Shown here piece by piece: positions 40,501 through 50,048 of a stretch of DNA of 64,000 bases. Under the pieces are notes generated by a model. The model saw nothing but the letters and a program-made list of their open reading frames with translations, ran no database searches and had not been told where the DNA came from. Positions within the stretch are counted from its first letter, which is position 1, and each line of letters begins with the position of its first letter. The translations under genes and the position numbers were made by a program. The stretch is from Roseibacillus sp. (GTDB lineage: Bacteria; Verrucomicrobiota; Verrucomicrobiia; Verrucomicrobiales; Akkermansiaceae), in NCBI GenBank assembly GCA_051251855.1, contig JBPOGI010000007.1, forward strand, positions 64,001-128,000, in the 5' to 3' direction.

Positions 40501-41538
40501 GTTCACTTCAAAATCATCCGCGACAGTGAACTCCGCCATCGCCTCACTGGGTGGCTTAATGATTCCAGTGCGTGCGCCATCGTCTTTGCCCTTTCTCGGG
40601 GGGAGCGGAGGCAAGGAAGGCTTCTCGATATCAGCAAAATTCAGCGTCGAATCCTTGGCCATGCGATGCACCACTTCTTCGGTGAGACGAATCATCTCAT
40701 GATAGCGAGGCATCTCTTCATTATACTCCTTCGAGCGAGCACGGACTCCGAAGTAAACCACCGCATTCTTCGGTCTCACCACTTCAGCGACACGCTTGTG
40801 CTTCGCGGCCACGGCGAGTTTCAACTCCTCAATACGACTCTTATCCATCTCTTGAGTAGCGGAACCAACCAGCGCCTCGGCAATGACCCGAGCCACGTGA
40901 TGATTCCCCAAGTCACTCAAGTGAATGCCATTGTTCGTCAAGGGAGCTTCCAACTCTTGATATCTCTTTTGAGTCGCCGAAAAGAGATCCACGAACTCGG
41001 CCCCTCGTTCCTTGGCCAATTGCGCGATCGCTTGGCTATACATTCCAACCTCAGCTTGACGTTCAGCCGAAGCCCCCTCAATCGCAATCGGCGAAAGCAA
41101 AACAAACCGCGCATTGGGATGAAGATGAGAAAGCTGGTCGAGATGCACTCCATATTGCGCTCGAAAATCCTCCAAACCCTCCTCGCCCCCAAAAGACTCA
41201 TTCAAACCGTAGCCCAACACGATGGTGTCGGAAGGCCACTCTTGTAGCAAATTCTTCATGTGCTTGGCATAGCCCTCAAGACGAAGTCGATGGCCCACCT
41301 CATCACCGGTCCACGCCAAGCTACGGACCTTCAACCCAGCCTCGGGAGCAGCGAGCTGTAAACGCGCTTCCAATTCTCCATGCTCCAAGAGCCGCTCGAT
41401 CATGGAGTTGCCATAGAAGAGAATACTGTTCTTCCCCGAGGAATCAGCGGCCTTTGCAAGGACCGAGGTTAGGAGAAAAAGACAAGTCGCCAGGCAATAC
41501 GATCGAGCCGTGGAGGTGAGTCGAGAAAGGTTGTCCAT
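37585..41538 (-). CDS. PVC-type membrane-bound dehydrogenase-like protein: SGNH + beta-propeller + HEAT + cupredoxin + C-terminal beta-sandwich
   Basis: FYGNS/GLNES/NGIHL (SGNH-like); FEVNLFASE..FPEL.NP..ISFDARGRLWV, LEDTDKDGRAD, FRPAD; PHNWV and YICTFPGHWRVM (type-1 Cu); start uncertain. Confidence 0.85.
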   Translation of the reverse strand: MDNLSRLTSTARSYCLATCLFLLTSVLAKAADSSGKNSILFYGNSMIERLLEHGELEARLQLAAPEAGLKVRSLAWTGDEVGHRLRLEGYAKHMKNLLQEWPSDTIVLGYGLNESFGGEEGLEDFRAQYGVHLDQLSHLHPNARFVLLSPIAIEGASAERQAEVGMYSQAIAQLAKERGAEFVDLFSATQKRYQELEAPLTNNGIHLSDLGNHHVARVIAEALVGSATQEMDKSRIEELKLAVAAKHKRVAEVVRPKNAVVYFGVRARSKEYNEEMPRYHEMIRLTEEVVHRMAKDSTLNFADIEKPSLPPLPPRKGKDDGARTGIIKPPSEAMAEFTVADDFEVNLFASEEQFPELRNPVQISFDARGRLWVVTMPSFPHTVPGLTPPDRIVILEDTDKDGRADKITTFMDGLDALDGVAFHRDGVIVSEQPRLWLMKDTDGDDRADTQVELLRGIDVTDSHHGGMITTDPFGDVIFCDGVFHRSQLETPMGVHRGIDATTYRLDMKDGGIVTEWQHTTPNPWKVTFNRWGGIFQNYGDGHAYDGTALIWTPLGGYHPFGYANIATYGKGSGLTIVSSPNFPERYQQGMASAALLGRYAVTLTAFESKNGFNRKKDPLTIVSSPNAAFRPADLEFGMDGALYISDFCSPIIGHAQHPMRSPHWDHDFGRIWRVVYSKGSLAKDWPQIEGASLKALCSLLVHPQDLVRKHARIELRKQGSQGMGAVNDWLAAFDKEDENYEQAVLETIFVGEGLGVVQPDLLKVLLRSKLALYRGAAVQAIRIQADELPDLVGLLSFVETETNPRVQIEVIDAVAHLRPNYPEVETVLANLKPLTKDVESSLSYLDLGIEPLKGRSVPVLEVDKNSRMTHWLFLGEKGDAVPTELATEGKPLPGVGLFRTFVQADEPTTAIIAIKHMSIDIRLNDRLVFSQDSLWSGDQQVNVELEKGLNTIEILLKSGRRKTKTMPPAYLYDPVGQEVAGVQYSKSFDELEGFAEEYEEMVAERGNVVRVQAAAGLQFAPKEVRVTPGSKVRLIFENPDIMPHNWVLIAPGSVEEMGALADKLAGQADGAEKEYLPESAKILQASKLLSTKQEQELVFEAPTEPGVYPYICTFPGHWRVMQGSLIVEELKTVEEKKATTKNLGEGVFFETAANASEFNQLVPKKSKGTVMTNQKTSNDSPKVLTDGRLEEGYGPVFGNGITDGAYKLDLGKKKSISAMTSWSHNEGGRRGHQSVRLYGSADEKDPGWDLTNAERFVPLGVLKSGKESLEAFSALSLRAPKGESLGEFRWIVWQVSPAKNPKENTAFQELGVEVSSN

Positions 41539-41611
41539 GTTGAGTAGAGAGCTACGAAGAAACTCAGGCGAGTTTTCCACTTTATCCTCCATCAACAAGA
41601 AAAAGGAACCT

Positions 41612-42370
41612 CTACTGACCCAGCTTGGCCACATAGACCGTGCTTCGGCTCTCGCAATCTTGAATAGGATTGTCAAAGGTCACAATGTGCGCTTCCGCAG
41701 TAGCAAAAACTTCCCGCAAGGCCGTTAGAAATGCCTCATCTGGGGCATCATCAGACCACAGCCCAAAGACGCCTCCCGCCTTCAACTTGTTGGCCATCTT
41801 TCTCAGACCCTCTGGCTCATAAAACGTGGCATGGCGTTCATGCAAAAGCTTGGTAGGAGAATGGTCAATATCGAGGAGCACAGCATCAAACCGCTTTTCG
41901 GCCTCACCCGGTGCAAAGTGCTCGGCACCCTCATCAGCTAGCGCGAGTTCAAAGAAATCTCCATGCACAAAATGGCAACGCTCGTCATCGCTCAGCTCTT
42001 TTCCGAGAGGAACCAAACCACGCTGATGCCAATCAATCACCGGCGCGAGGTAGTCAACCACGTAACAAGATTTCACCGCAGAATACGCAAGAGCAGCCTG
42101 CGCGGTAAAACCCAGTCCCAAGCCACCGACCACCACATCTAGAGAAGGCTCACCTTCTAAAGTATCCGAAACCGCAGCCAAACCTAAGTCCGACAACGCC
42201 TCCTCCACCACTGTGAAGAGACTCGACATTAAAAAAGCATCGCCCAGAACAACCTCGTGCACCTCAAGGTGGTCGAGCGACGGAACGGTGCGTCGACGAA
42301 GGCTCAACAAACCCAACGGAGTCTGCTGGCTATCGAGGTGCTCGAAGACCGGTGGGCGAAACTCAGGCAA
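41612..42370 (-). CDS. Spermidine synthase-like SAM-dependent methyltransferase
   Basis: FLMSS, VVGGLGLGFTA, FDAVLLDIDHSP, GGVFGLWS. Confidence 0.85.
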   Translation of the reverse strand: MPEFRPPVFEHLDSQQTPLGLLSLRRRTVPSLDHLEVHEVVLGDAFLMSSLFTVVEEALSDLGLAAVSDTLEGEPSLDVVVGGLGLGFTAQAALAYSAVKSCYVVDYLAPVIDWHQRGLVPLGKELSDDERCHFVHGDFFELALADEGAEHFAPGEAEKRFDAVLLDIDHSPTKLLHERHATFYEPEGLRKMANKLKAGGVFGLWSDDAPDEAFLTALREVFATAEAHIVTFDNPIQDCESRSTVYVAKLGQ

Positions 42371-43766
42371 CGCTTTCCTCCCCTTCTGCTATTTCCATAT
42401 CACTCAAACGACGGAGGTGAACTTGGCCCACACGGCGCCCATCGGTACTCGTCACTTTGGCCTCGTAGCCTTCAATGCGGACCGTTTCACCCGGCTCAGG
42501 CATACGCCCCATTTGCTGAGTGATATAACCTCCAATGGTCGTTACCTCACTGGCATCGAGATCGAAATTCTCCAAAATGGTTTCCAACTCATTGACCCCA
42601 ATCGCCCCCTCCACCACAAATTCGTTCTCGTTCACCCGAGTATAGCCCGCTTCCTCGTTGTCGAACTCGTCCTGAATATCCCCCACCAATTCTTCCATGA
42701 TGTTATCCATGAAAATCAAACCCGCCGAGTCCCCATACTCATCGACCACCAAGGCGAGGTGCGCCTTCTCCTTCAGAAAGAACTCGAGCAACCCATCCAA
42801 AGGCATGGTCTCCGGAACCACCTTCAGCTCCCGCTTGATCTTCAGCAAATCTGGGGACTCGTCGCGAACCAACTTGAGAATATCTTTGATGTGAATCAAT
42901 CCCACCGTGTTATCAAAGTGACCTCTCACCAGCGGAAATCGGGTATGCTTGGTGCGCACCGCAATCGCGAGGTTGTCCTCGAAAGACTTTTCTAGGTCCA
43001 AGGCCACCGCTTCACTACGAGGGAGCATCACCTCTTTCACACTGAGGTCATTCAACTCCAGAGCGTTGATGAGGATCTGTTTTTCGGTCTTGGTCACCTC
43101 CTCGGACTCACCACTTTCATGCACCAGCAGAGCGAGTTCCTCAGAACTATGCACTTCACTCTCATCGGCAGGGTCGAGGCGGAAAATCCACTTAAGCAGC
43201 TTGTTAGAAGTTCCCTGTAAGAAATAGATGGCAAACCACGAAACGGTGTAAAACCAACTCAAAGGTTTCGCCAAAACGAGGGTCGACTCCAAAGGCTTTC
43301 GAATCGCCACCGACTTGGGAAGAAGCTCACCAACCACCACGTGAAGGAAGGTGAAGGAAACCAGCGCCACGATGAAGGAGGTAATTCCAATCAAGTGGAC
43401 AGGAAACCAAGAAATATTCCCCAAGGTCGGGGCCACAAGACTGGCTACAAACGGTTCCGCAACAAATCCCAAAGAAAGCGACGCCAACGTAATGCCCAAC
43501 TGATTCGCGGAAAGATAGCCATCGAGATTACCGACCACCTTCTCTGCGGTAGCATAGGCTTTCCCTTTCAACTTACCTGCCGCTTCAACCTGACTAGGCC
43601 GAACTTTAACGATCGCAAATTCCGAAGCGACAAAGAAGGCATTCGCCAACAAGAGGAGGATACTTAAAAAAATGGACCACAGAGCCTCAGGAATAGTGGG
43701 ATAATGATCCGACACCTCCATTGACGCCGAAGCGAGGACTAATCCTAAATCGTAAATCCCACTCAC
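42363..43766 (-). CDS. CNNM/CorC-HlyC family (DUF21-CBS-CorC) transporter-associated protein
   Basis: NAFFVASEFA, QLGITLASL, GELLPKS, HTRFP, VVDEYG, EELVGDIQDEFD. Confidence 0.92.
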   Translation of the reverse strand: MSGIYDLGLVLASASMEVSDHYPTIPEALWSIFLSILLLLANAFFVASEFAIVKVRPSQVEAAGKLKGKAYATAEKVVGNLDGYLSANQLGITLASLSLGFVAEPFVASLVAPTLGNISWFPVHLIGITSFIVALVSFTFLHVVVGELLPKSVAIRKPLESTLVLAKPLSWFYTVSWFAIYFLQGTSNKLLKWIFRLDPADESEVHSSEELALLVHESGESEEVTKTEKQILINALELNDLSVKEVMLPRSEAVALDLEKSFEDNLAIAVRTKHTRFPLVRGHFDNTVGLIHIKDILKLVRDESPDLLKIKRELKVVPETMPLDGLLEFFLKEKAHLALVVDEYGDSAGLIFMDNIMEELVGDIQDEFDNEEAGYTRVNENEFVVEGAIGVNELETILENFDLDASEVTTIGGYITQQMGRMPEPGETVRIEGYEAKVTSTDGRRVGQVHLRRLSDMEIAEGEESVA

Positions 43767-44023
43767 AGCTTCTCAAACACCCCTTCGTCGCGCTTCTGCA
43801 GCACAGTGAAGCCAGCCTTCTTGGCATCGACGGGAGAAAACGGCTTGATGATGGTCGGCGAATTGACACGACTAATCACCTTACGGACAGGATTCTTGCA
43901 GGAGAGGCAAAACTCGAGCGGGGGCCGATCAACAGGTCTCCGCAACTCAAACCCTTTCGAACAGATGCGACAACTTCGCTCCGGATTATCCGGTTCTTCA
44001 GAAAGGTATTCGTAAATAGGCAT
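43763..44023 (-). CDS. FmdB family zinc-ribbon protein
   Basis: MPIYEY, CxxC...FE...CxxC. Confidence 0.85.
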   Translation of the reverse strand: MPIYEYLSEEPDNPERSCRICSKGFELRRPVDRPPLEFCLSCKNPVRKVISRVNSPTIIKPFSPVDAKKAGFTVLQKRDEGVFEKL

Positions 44024-44085
44024 TCGGGGGCGGAAGGGGCGGGTTGTTTACGACCCCCTTCCCTAAATCTCGACGGAGATTACCA

Positions 44086-44355
44086 CTACCAGCTCGACTT
44101 TGTCACGCCGGGAATCATCCCTGCGGAAGCAAACTCGCGGAAGGTAATCCGAGACATTTTGAAGCGACGCAAATAGGCGCGGCGACGTCCGGTAATCACA
44201 CAACGATTCACAAGACGAGTCGGACTCGCATCGCGAGGAAGCATAGAAAGACCAATGTAGTCTTTCTCCTTCTTCAGTTGGTGACGGAGATCAGCATAGC
44301 GGGCGACAGTCTTCGCCTTGCGTTCGTTTCTAGCTTTCCAGCATTTTCTTGCCAT
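44086..44355 (-). CDS. rpsN: 30S ribosomal protein S14 (89 aa, lacking full Zn-ribbon)
   Basis: [34 protein letters not shown]. Confidence 0.97.
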   Translation of the reverse strand: MARKCWKARNERKAKTVARYADLRHQLKKEKDYIGLSMLPRDASPTRLVNRCVITGRRRAYLRRFKMSRITFREFASAGMIPGVTKSSW

Positions 44356-44488
44356 GGGGGCGGAGGGAATAAGCTTTTCAGCGAGGTTTTCAAGAGGTTT
44401 TTACGAAGATCGTGCGGTTTTTTTCCCGAAAATATCCTCAAGCCCTCTCAACAACATCAAAATCATCCCGAAAAGCGCACTCTACTCC

Positions 44489-44857
44489 CTATTTTTTGAG
44501 TCGAATACGAATGGGACCTTTCGCCGTGGATGCATCCACCACCTTGCTTTTTTGAAGAATCTCAGCCTTCCCAGCCGCCACCAATCGGCGTGCCGCCATC
44601 CGGACCGCCTCCATTTGACCTCTCCACTCATCCTCACCGTATCGCAGTCGGGCCAATTCGCTGGGACAGATCGTTTTCGAGGTCCCACGCTCTCGCAAAA
44701 ACCGCACAAGTTCTTCTTCTAATACTCGATCCTCTTCCGTCAGCCCCCTCTTTCGGCAAGCTCCCGAGCAATACTTCACCTCCTCCCAGCAATCGGCCCA
44801 AGCCTTCCGCCACTCCATTCGACGGCCACAAAGCTGGCAGCACTTTTTCTCGAGCAC
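44489..44857 (-). CDS. DUF2256 + DUF3253 domain protein
   Basis: C..CGR..EWRKAW...WEEVKYCS.ACR; KTICPSELAR, WR..ME.VRMAARRL, KGPIRIR; start uncertain. Confidence 0.8.
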   Translation of the reverse strand: MLEKKCCQLCGRRMEWRKAWADCWEEVKYCSGACRKRGLTEEDRVLEEELVRFLRERGTSKTICPSELARLRYGEDEWRGQMEAVRMAARRLVAAGKAEILQKSKVVDASTAKGPIRIRLKK

Positions 44858-44942
44858 CAAGAAAGATGGCCCCTGCCAACTATTTCGCAAGTCAGCTCGC
44901 ACTTGGCTTGAAAAAATAGCACCAATAACAAACGCTCCCAGC

Positions 44943-45362
44943 ATGTCTGAAAGCTACCCTTGCTCACCCCGTGTCGAAATTGATGGTCTCCCCTATTTTC
45001 AACGCATGGTCGAAAAAATCCGCCTCCACGCCGCCGGAGACCTACATCCCGAGCTCCATGATAACCTTGGCCATGGCATGGACCTCTGGATTTGCCAATT
45101 TCTCGGAGTGAATTATTCGGATCTCAAAGAAGTGGTCCTTTCTGGTGCCTCCGACCAAGAAGCACTCGCTCACGCAAAGGCAAACGGCACCCAGCGCGCT
45201 GACTACGAACTCGCGTGGTTTCGCTCCTATATCCTTAACCGAGGATTCCGCGATGATTTCGCTGAAAAGCTCACCTCGCGTATCGAAGAATCGGGCTTTC
45301 AAGACAAGAAGGGCATTCTTTCCTTCTGCGACTACATCGATGCCGACGAGGGACGTCTCTAG
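44943..45362 (+). CDS. DUF5069-like protein
   Basis: SPR...GL.YF.RM..KIRL...G.L; C-terminal IDADEGR. Confidence 0.7.
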   Translation: MSESYPCSPRVEIDGLPYFQRMVEKIRLHAAGDLHPELHDNLGHGMDLWICQFLGVNYSDLKEVVLSGASDQEALAHAKANGTQRADYELAWFRSYILNRGFRDDFAEKLTSRIEESGFQDKKGILSFCDYIDADEGRL

Positions 45363-45461
45363 CGCAAAAACTCAGGACTACCTTTCTTTCAGGTTTCGTG
45401 TTATTTTTAAGTCCGAGCGATGCGTCTTCCGCATCGACTTGCAGACTCCCCCTTCCTCCCG

Positions 45462-46853
45462 ATGCTTCTCGCCGATGCTCCCGAAACCGTCACCCCGCCG
45501 CCGACGTGGCAGGCGCCGTGGCTGCGGGCCCTCTTCTGGCTCTTCATGCTTTCCTTCGCTTTCGACTACAAAGCCGAAGTCCCCTCCTCCATTTCTTCCC
45601 TCGTTCAATTCGGATTTCTTGGCCTTGCCGCTTCAGTCACCGCATTGATGATGCTCATCGGACTTCCCTTTCTTTTGGTTCGCCCTGGTGGCTGGCTGCT
45701 GGCTATTTGGGGAGTCTTTCTCACATACATGGTTGGTAATGCTCTGATGCAAGGAGTGCCCCCCGGACGCTTCATGCGAACAGGTCTCCCCTTCTTCCTT
45801 TCCTTCGCCGCCATGCTCAATGCCCACGTAGCTGCTGGCTCGGGGGTGCGCCTTGCCCATCTTGCCACTCCTATTTTTATCACTGCGATCATCAATATTG
45901 TTTGGCGAATCGTCTACGGACTCTTGTTCACCTCCTCCACGCTGGAAACCGCCCGCGCTGAAATCCTCAGTCCTGCCCTCAGTTGGTCAGCAGCCTTTAT
46001 TGGATGCTCTATTCTTCTCCGCAGCAAATTTCATTGGACGATGCTCCTTGCCGCGGCCGCCCTCTTCACCGCGATGCTACTTTCCATCACCCGATCGCTC
46101 CTATTCCCCATGGCCGCCTCGGCCTTCGCTTGCTCTCTCTTTTTCGCCTTCGGCCTTCGTTGGGGAGCGTTTCAAATTCAGGACTTATTCAAACGGGTCT
46201 GGCCCATTTTCATCGCTGGTGGCGCCGCCCTTCTTCTTGTTGCCGGACTCTTCCTCGCCTTCCCTCATACTCTCGACCGCTGGCAGGAGAGACTTTTCAG
46301 TCCGACCTCGGACCGGAACATGGCCTCCGACCCCTCCCTACTTACTCGCCAGGCCGAAGCCAAGGCCATTTTCGACATCCTCGATCGCGACCCTCTTCGC
46401 TACGTCAATGGCATGGGAGTGGGCGCTTCTTTCTACTGGGATCACGACTACTTTCCGGAACTATACCAAGTCTATGATCCCGACGAGCTTGAAGAAATGT
46501 CTTCGGATATTTGGTATGCGGGACACTCAATTTGGACTTACTCTCTTTTCTCAGGAGGGTTCATTGCCCTCACCGCCTTCATTGGATTGTTCGTTGGCAC
46601 CATTGCCTTTAGTATTTCCAGCGCAGCAGCCAACGCCAGCTCCCCAGGACCAGACTATTGGCTACTCTTTTTACCAGCAGTAGCCTCCATCTGTATCCTT
46701 TCGGAATCAGCGACCTCCAACCCCTTCGATGAGCGCCTACTCGGCATGATCTTTGGCGCGACCTTCAGCTTTTCCCAAGCAGGATTTGTGCGCGCTCACC
46801 AGCTACGCAACGCCGGCTCTAACACGACGAAACCGCGAGCCCCTATTCTTTAA
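45462..46853 (+). CDS. Polytopic membrane protein, O-antigen ligase/polymerase-like
   Basis: About 11-12 hydrophobic segments; LSITRS, S...R..E, GMGVG, GHSIW (Wzy_C-like loop). Confidence 0.6.
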   Translation: MLLADAPETVTPPPTWQAPWLRALFWLFMLSFAFDYKAEVPSSISSLVQFGFLGLAASVTALMMLIGLPFLLVRPGGWLLAIWGVFLTYMVGNALMQGVPPGRFMRTGLPFFLSFAAMLNAHVAAGSGVRLAHLATPIFITAIINIVWRIVYGLLFTSSTLETARAEILSPALSWSAAFIGCSILLRSKFHWTMLLAAAALFTAMLLSITRSLLFPMAASAFACSLFFAFGLRWGAFQIQDLFKRVWPIFIAGGAALLLVAGLFLAFPHTLDRWQERLFSPTSDRNMASDPSLLTRQAEAKAIFDILDRDPLRYVNGMGVGASFYWDHDYFPELYQVYDPDELEEMSSDIWYAGHSIWTYSLFSGGFIALTAFIGLFVGTIAFSISSAAANASSPGPDYWLLFLPAVASICILSESATSNPFDERLLGMIFGATFSFSQAGFVRAHQLRNAGSNTTKPRAPIL

Positions 46854-46892
46854 GGGAGGACTCGAGCGTAGCGTTCTGGAAACAGAATTTCG

Positions 46893-48290
46893 CTAAATCC
46901 GCTCGATAGCGACGAGCGTAATATCGTCGATTTGCGGAGAACCATCAGCAAAGTCATTTAACTCCTTGGGGAGCTCAGTGACGACTCCTTCGGCTCCATC
47001 GAGAGCTAACTTGGCAAAGCGCTCTAACAAGCGCTCTTTACCAAACTCCTGCCCCTTGCCATTTTCCGCCTCATTGACTCCATCGGTGTAGAAGAGAATG
47101 ACGTCACCCGACTCCAACTTCACCACCATCTCTTTGAGAACACGCTCAAAAACAGGCCCCTTGTCAATCCCGAGCGCCAAGCCGCCGGGTTTCAATTTCT
47201 CGACCTGACCCGTGCTCTTCCGAAAAAGAAGAGGAGCATCATGACCCGCACGTGCCAAGGTCACTTTCCCACTCCCGTTTTCTAACACCGCATAGGCCGC
47301 GCTCACGAACATGTCCTCCCGCATATCGATAAAGACCTGCGCATTGAGAGCCTTCAACGTTTCCGCCGGCCCCTCTGCGACAACTGCGTGCGCACGCAGC
47401 GCACTGCGACAACTCGCCATCACCAAGCCTGCAGCGACACCTTTACCCGAGACATCAGCGATGACCACCCCGTGCCTTTCTTCCGGCAAATTCACGAAGT
47501 CAAAATAGTCCCCACTAATCAAGCGAGCAGCAGAATTGGTTCCCCTCACCCGGTAACCCGGCCAGTCTGGAGTTTTGCTTGGTAAGAGAATTTTCTGAAC
47601 TTCTTGAGCCGTCCGGAGCTCATCATCCATCCGCCGCTTCTCTTGCACCTCTTTGTGCAAAAGAGCATTCCCAAGCCCAAAGGCCGATTGCTCCGCCGCG
47701 GACCGAAAGACATCCCAATCATTGTTCGAAAAGCTCCCTTCCTTTCGCACCGCAGACAGCACCGCAAATACCTTTCCCGCATGAGAGAGTGGCACCCCAA
47801 AAAAGTGACTTACCCCTTCAGGCATTTCTCGCCCTCCCTGACTCCATCGCACTCCTGATGGATGTTCCGCCACATAGCTCAAGAACTCGCCTTCACGCTT
47901 TACTCGGCCCAATCGAAGCCATTTTCTGATCTCGGCATCCCCTTCCGACTTCATCTCCTTCGGCACCGTGATCAAGGCCGGACATCGTTTCGAAAGATGC
48001 CCTGGAGACAACTCATCGCCATCAAGTAAATATAGAGCTACTCCATCTGCAGCGACCACCTCCTCAATCCCTTCGACAATGGTCTTGTAGAGATGAGCCA
48101 GCGAGCGCTCTTGCTCGATTGACTCTCCCAAATGATGAAGAAAATCGAACATGCGGTGCTCTTCGGCATCAAGGGCCGCCAACTCACTTTCTCGAATACG
48201 GAGACGCTTCCTAACAGCTAGAAAGCGCCAGCCCAAGATGAAGGCTACAGCTAACAGACCAAAAATTATCCACCACTCCTTCTCGGTCAT
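46893..48290 (-). CDS. GAF-containing PP2C phosphatase (RsbU/SpoIIE family)
   Basis: AQEVQKILLP, SGDYFD, IADVSGKG, AGH, YTDGVNEA, DDITL. Confidence 0.92.
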   Translation of the reverse strand: MTEKEWWIIFGLLAVAFILGWRFLAVRKRLRIRESELAALDAEEHRMFDFLHHLGESIEQERSLAHLYKTIVEGIEEVVAADGVALYLLDGDELSPGHLSKRCPALITVPKEMKSEGDAEIRKWLRLGRVKREGEFLSYVAEHPSGVRWSQGGREMPEGVSHFFGVPLSHAGKVFAVLSAVRKEGSFSNNDWDVFRSAAEQSAFGLGNALLHKEVQEKRRMDDELRTAQEVQKILLPSKTPDWPGYRVRGTNSAARLISGDYFDFVNLPEERHGVVIADVSGKGVAAGLVMASCRSALRAHAVVAEGPAETLKALNAQVFIDMREDMFVSAAYAVLENGSGKVTLARAGHDAPLLFRKSTGQVEKLKPGGLALGIDKGPVFERVLKEMVVKLESGDVILFYTDGVNEAENGKGQEFGKERLLERFAKLALDGAEGVVTELPKELNDFADGSPQIDDITLVAIERI

Positions 48291-48309
48291 CGCAAAGGGG
48301 GCTTTTCAG

Positions 48310-48858
48310 CTAACCTGCTTTCGTCGCAGAACATTCTTTTTCTAACACTTCCAAAACCCCCTCAAACTTTTTGTTGTTGCGATCATCCACTTCACACAAC
48401 TTACGGTGGGCTTCCAAAACTTCTTCAGCTGCTGCTGCTCCATTCGATTTCCCATCCCAATCGGTCAACCCATCACGGACGTCGTCAATCTGCTCACTCC
48501 AAGAGGAGGTGCCGTCTTCTTCCTCCATCTCCAAAATTGCATCCAACCCCAAATCAACCAGCGAGTCGCGATTTCTCTCCGAAAGCCCCACCACCAAAAG
48601 TCGTCCCTCGCGCTCCATCAGGCGCCCAGCCAATCCCGCCAAAGTACCCATGAAGGTTGAATCCATCGCTGGGCAGGTTAGCAAATCAACCACCACCTCT
48701 TTGCAGTCCTTCAACTCAAGGCAAACTTCCACGTAATGTTTCAGGCGGGGGCTACTCATAAAGTTTCCCTTGCCCTGAACTCGGACCCATTTGGAGTCCT
48801 CAACCTCACCAACCGCTATGGAGTCTGTTTTTGTCACTCGAATCAATGTCTTCGACAC
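48310..48858 (-). CDS. STAS-domain anti-sigma factor antagonist
   Basis: VRVQGKG, VVVDL..C..MDSTFMG (phosphorylatable Ser), LGLD; start uncertain. Confidence 0.85.
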   Translation of the reverse strand: MSKTLIRVTKTDSIAVGEVEDSKWVRVQGKGNFMSSPRLKHYVEVCLELKDCKEVVVDLLTCPAMDSTFMGTLAGLAGRLMEREGRLLVVGLSERNRDSLVDLGLDAILEMEEEDGTSSWSEQIDDVRDGLTDWDGKSNGAAAAEEVLEAHRKLCEVDDRNNKKFEGVLEVLEKECSATKAG

Positions 48859-49026
48859 CGGAGAACCAACTTCCGAAAGATAACTAACCTTTGTCCAATC
48901 GTCAATGAAACCCGAACCGACGGACATTCTTTTTCCCGAAAGGACTCTTGGAACACCTTGCGCTGTCATCTCAGAGAATGGGACGCTCAAACACGAAAGT
49001 TTATTCGTGCAGGCTCCGCGCGCACC

Positions 49027-49479
49027 CTACTCCCAGAGAAATGACTTCTTTTCCGCCAAGTCTTGGCCGTTCTGGGAGAGTAACATACGCCATGCCAGCA
49101 CCCGCCCGCCCTTAAGATAGGTATCCCCCGCGATCGAGAACTCGACGACACCGGTTCCCTTGGTTGCCGCCACCGTCTGCACCAACTCGTGCACGCGACT
49201 CCCCGTCGAGGCCTGCCGATACTGAAAACGCACCTTTGCTGGCCCCCCAGCCGGATTCGCCCGCCAGCGAACCGAGTAATACTGCCCCTTTCGCTTTTCG
49301 CGGTCGATCTGCTCAACAGCACCATAGAGACGCTTCTGCGACTCACCCCGAACAAGTAAATCATCGCTCCAACTAGGATTGACATCCTTCACCGTGAACT
49401 GCTTTACCACCAAAGGCTCACGTGGACCACAACTCGCCAAAACCAATGCCAAGAATCCCAGCATCACAATCACTCTCAT
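49027..49479 (-). CDS. Hypothetical lipoprotein
   Basis: Lipobox LASC; same orientation as STAS/RsbU. Confidence 0.65.
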   Translation of the reverse strand: MRVIVMLGFLALVLASCGPREPLVVKQFTVKDVNPSWSDDLLVRGESQKRLYGAVEQIDREKRKGQYYSVRWRANPAGGPAKVRFQYRQASTGSRVHELVQTVAATKGTGVVEFSIAGDTYLKGGRVLAWRMLLSQNGQDLAEKKSFLWE

Positions 49480-49534
49480 GGCGCAATCTTTCTTCCCAAT
49501 TGCCATTTCCTCAATTACTGATTGGGGCATCACC

Positions 49535-50038
49535 ATGATGCCTCCTGCCATCCGCGAAAAACTCGACGCGTTCATTCGCGCCAAAGGTCTCCGTCAGACC
49601 GCGCAGCGTGACGCCATCGTGGAGCTTATTTTCGCCTCCGACGAGCACTTCACCGCCGAGGAACTTTTCGAGCGCTTTCGCAAACAAGGCTCTTCCGCCT
49701 CCCGAGCCACCCTCTATCGCACCCTTTCACTTCTCACCGAAGCCGACCTGCTTCACGAGATCGACTTGGGAGACGGCCAAACGACTTACGACCCCAACTT
49801 TCTCGACCGGCCCACCCACAACCACCTCGTTTGCATCGATTGCGGGAAAGTACTCGAGTTCGAAGACGATCACCTCGAAGTCCTCAACGATTGCCTCACC
49901 CGCCGTCTCGGTTTCCGCCCCGTCAAACAATCCCTCCGTATCGAAGCTTCCTGCGACCAGCTCCGAGCCAAGGGCCAATGCCCCAACCTCATCCAAGCAC
50001 GCCTCGAAGGCAAACGACTCCCCAATCGTAAAAAGTGA
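49535..50038 (+). CDS. Fur family transcriptional regulator
   Basis: GLRQTAQR, HFTAEEL, SRATLYRTL, HNHLVCIDCG. Confidence 0.92.
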   Translation: MMPPAIREKLDAFIRAKGLRQTAQRDAIVELIFASDEHFTAEELFERFRKQGSSASRATLYRTLSLLTEADLLHEIDLGDGQTTYDPNFLDRPTHNHLVCIDCGKVLEFEDDHLEVLNDCLTRRLGFRPVKQSLRIEASCDQLRAKGQCPNLIQARLEGKRLPNRKK

Positions 50039-50048
50039 AAGCCCGTCA

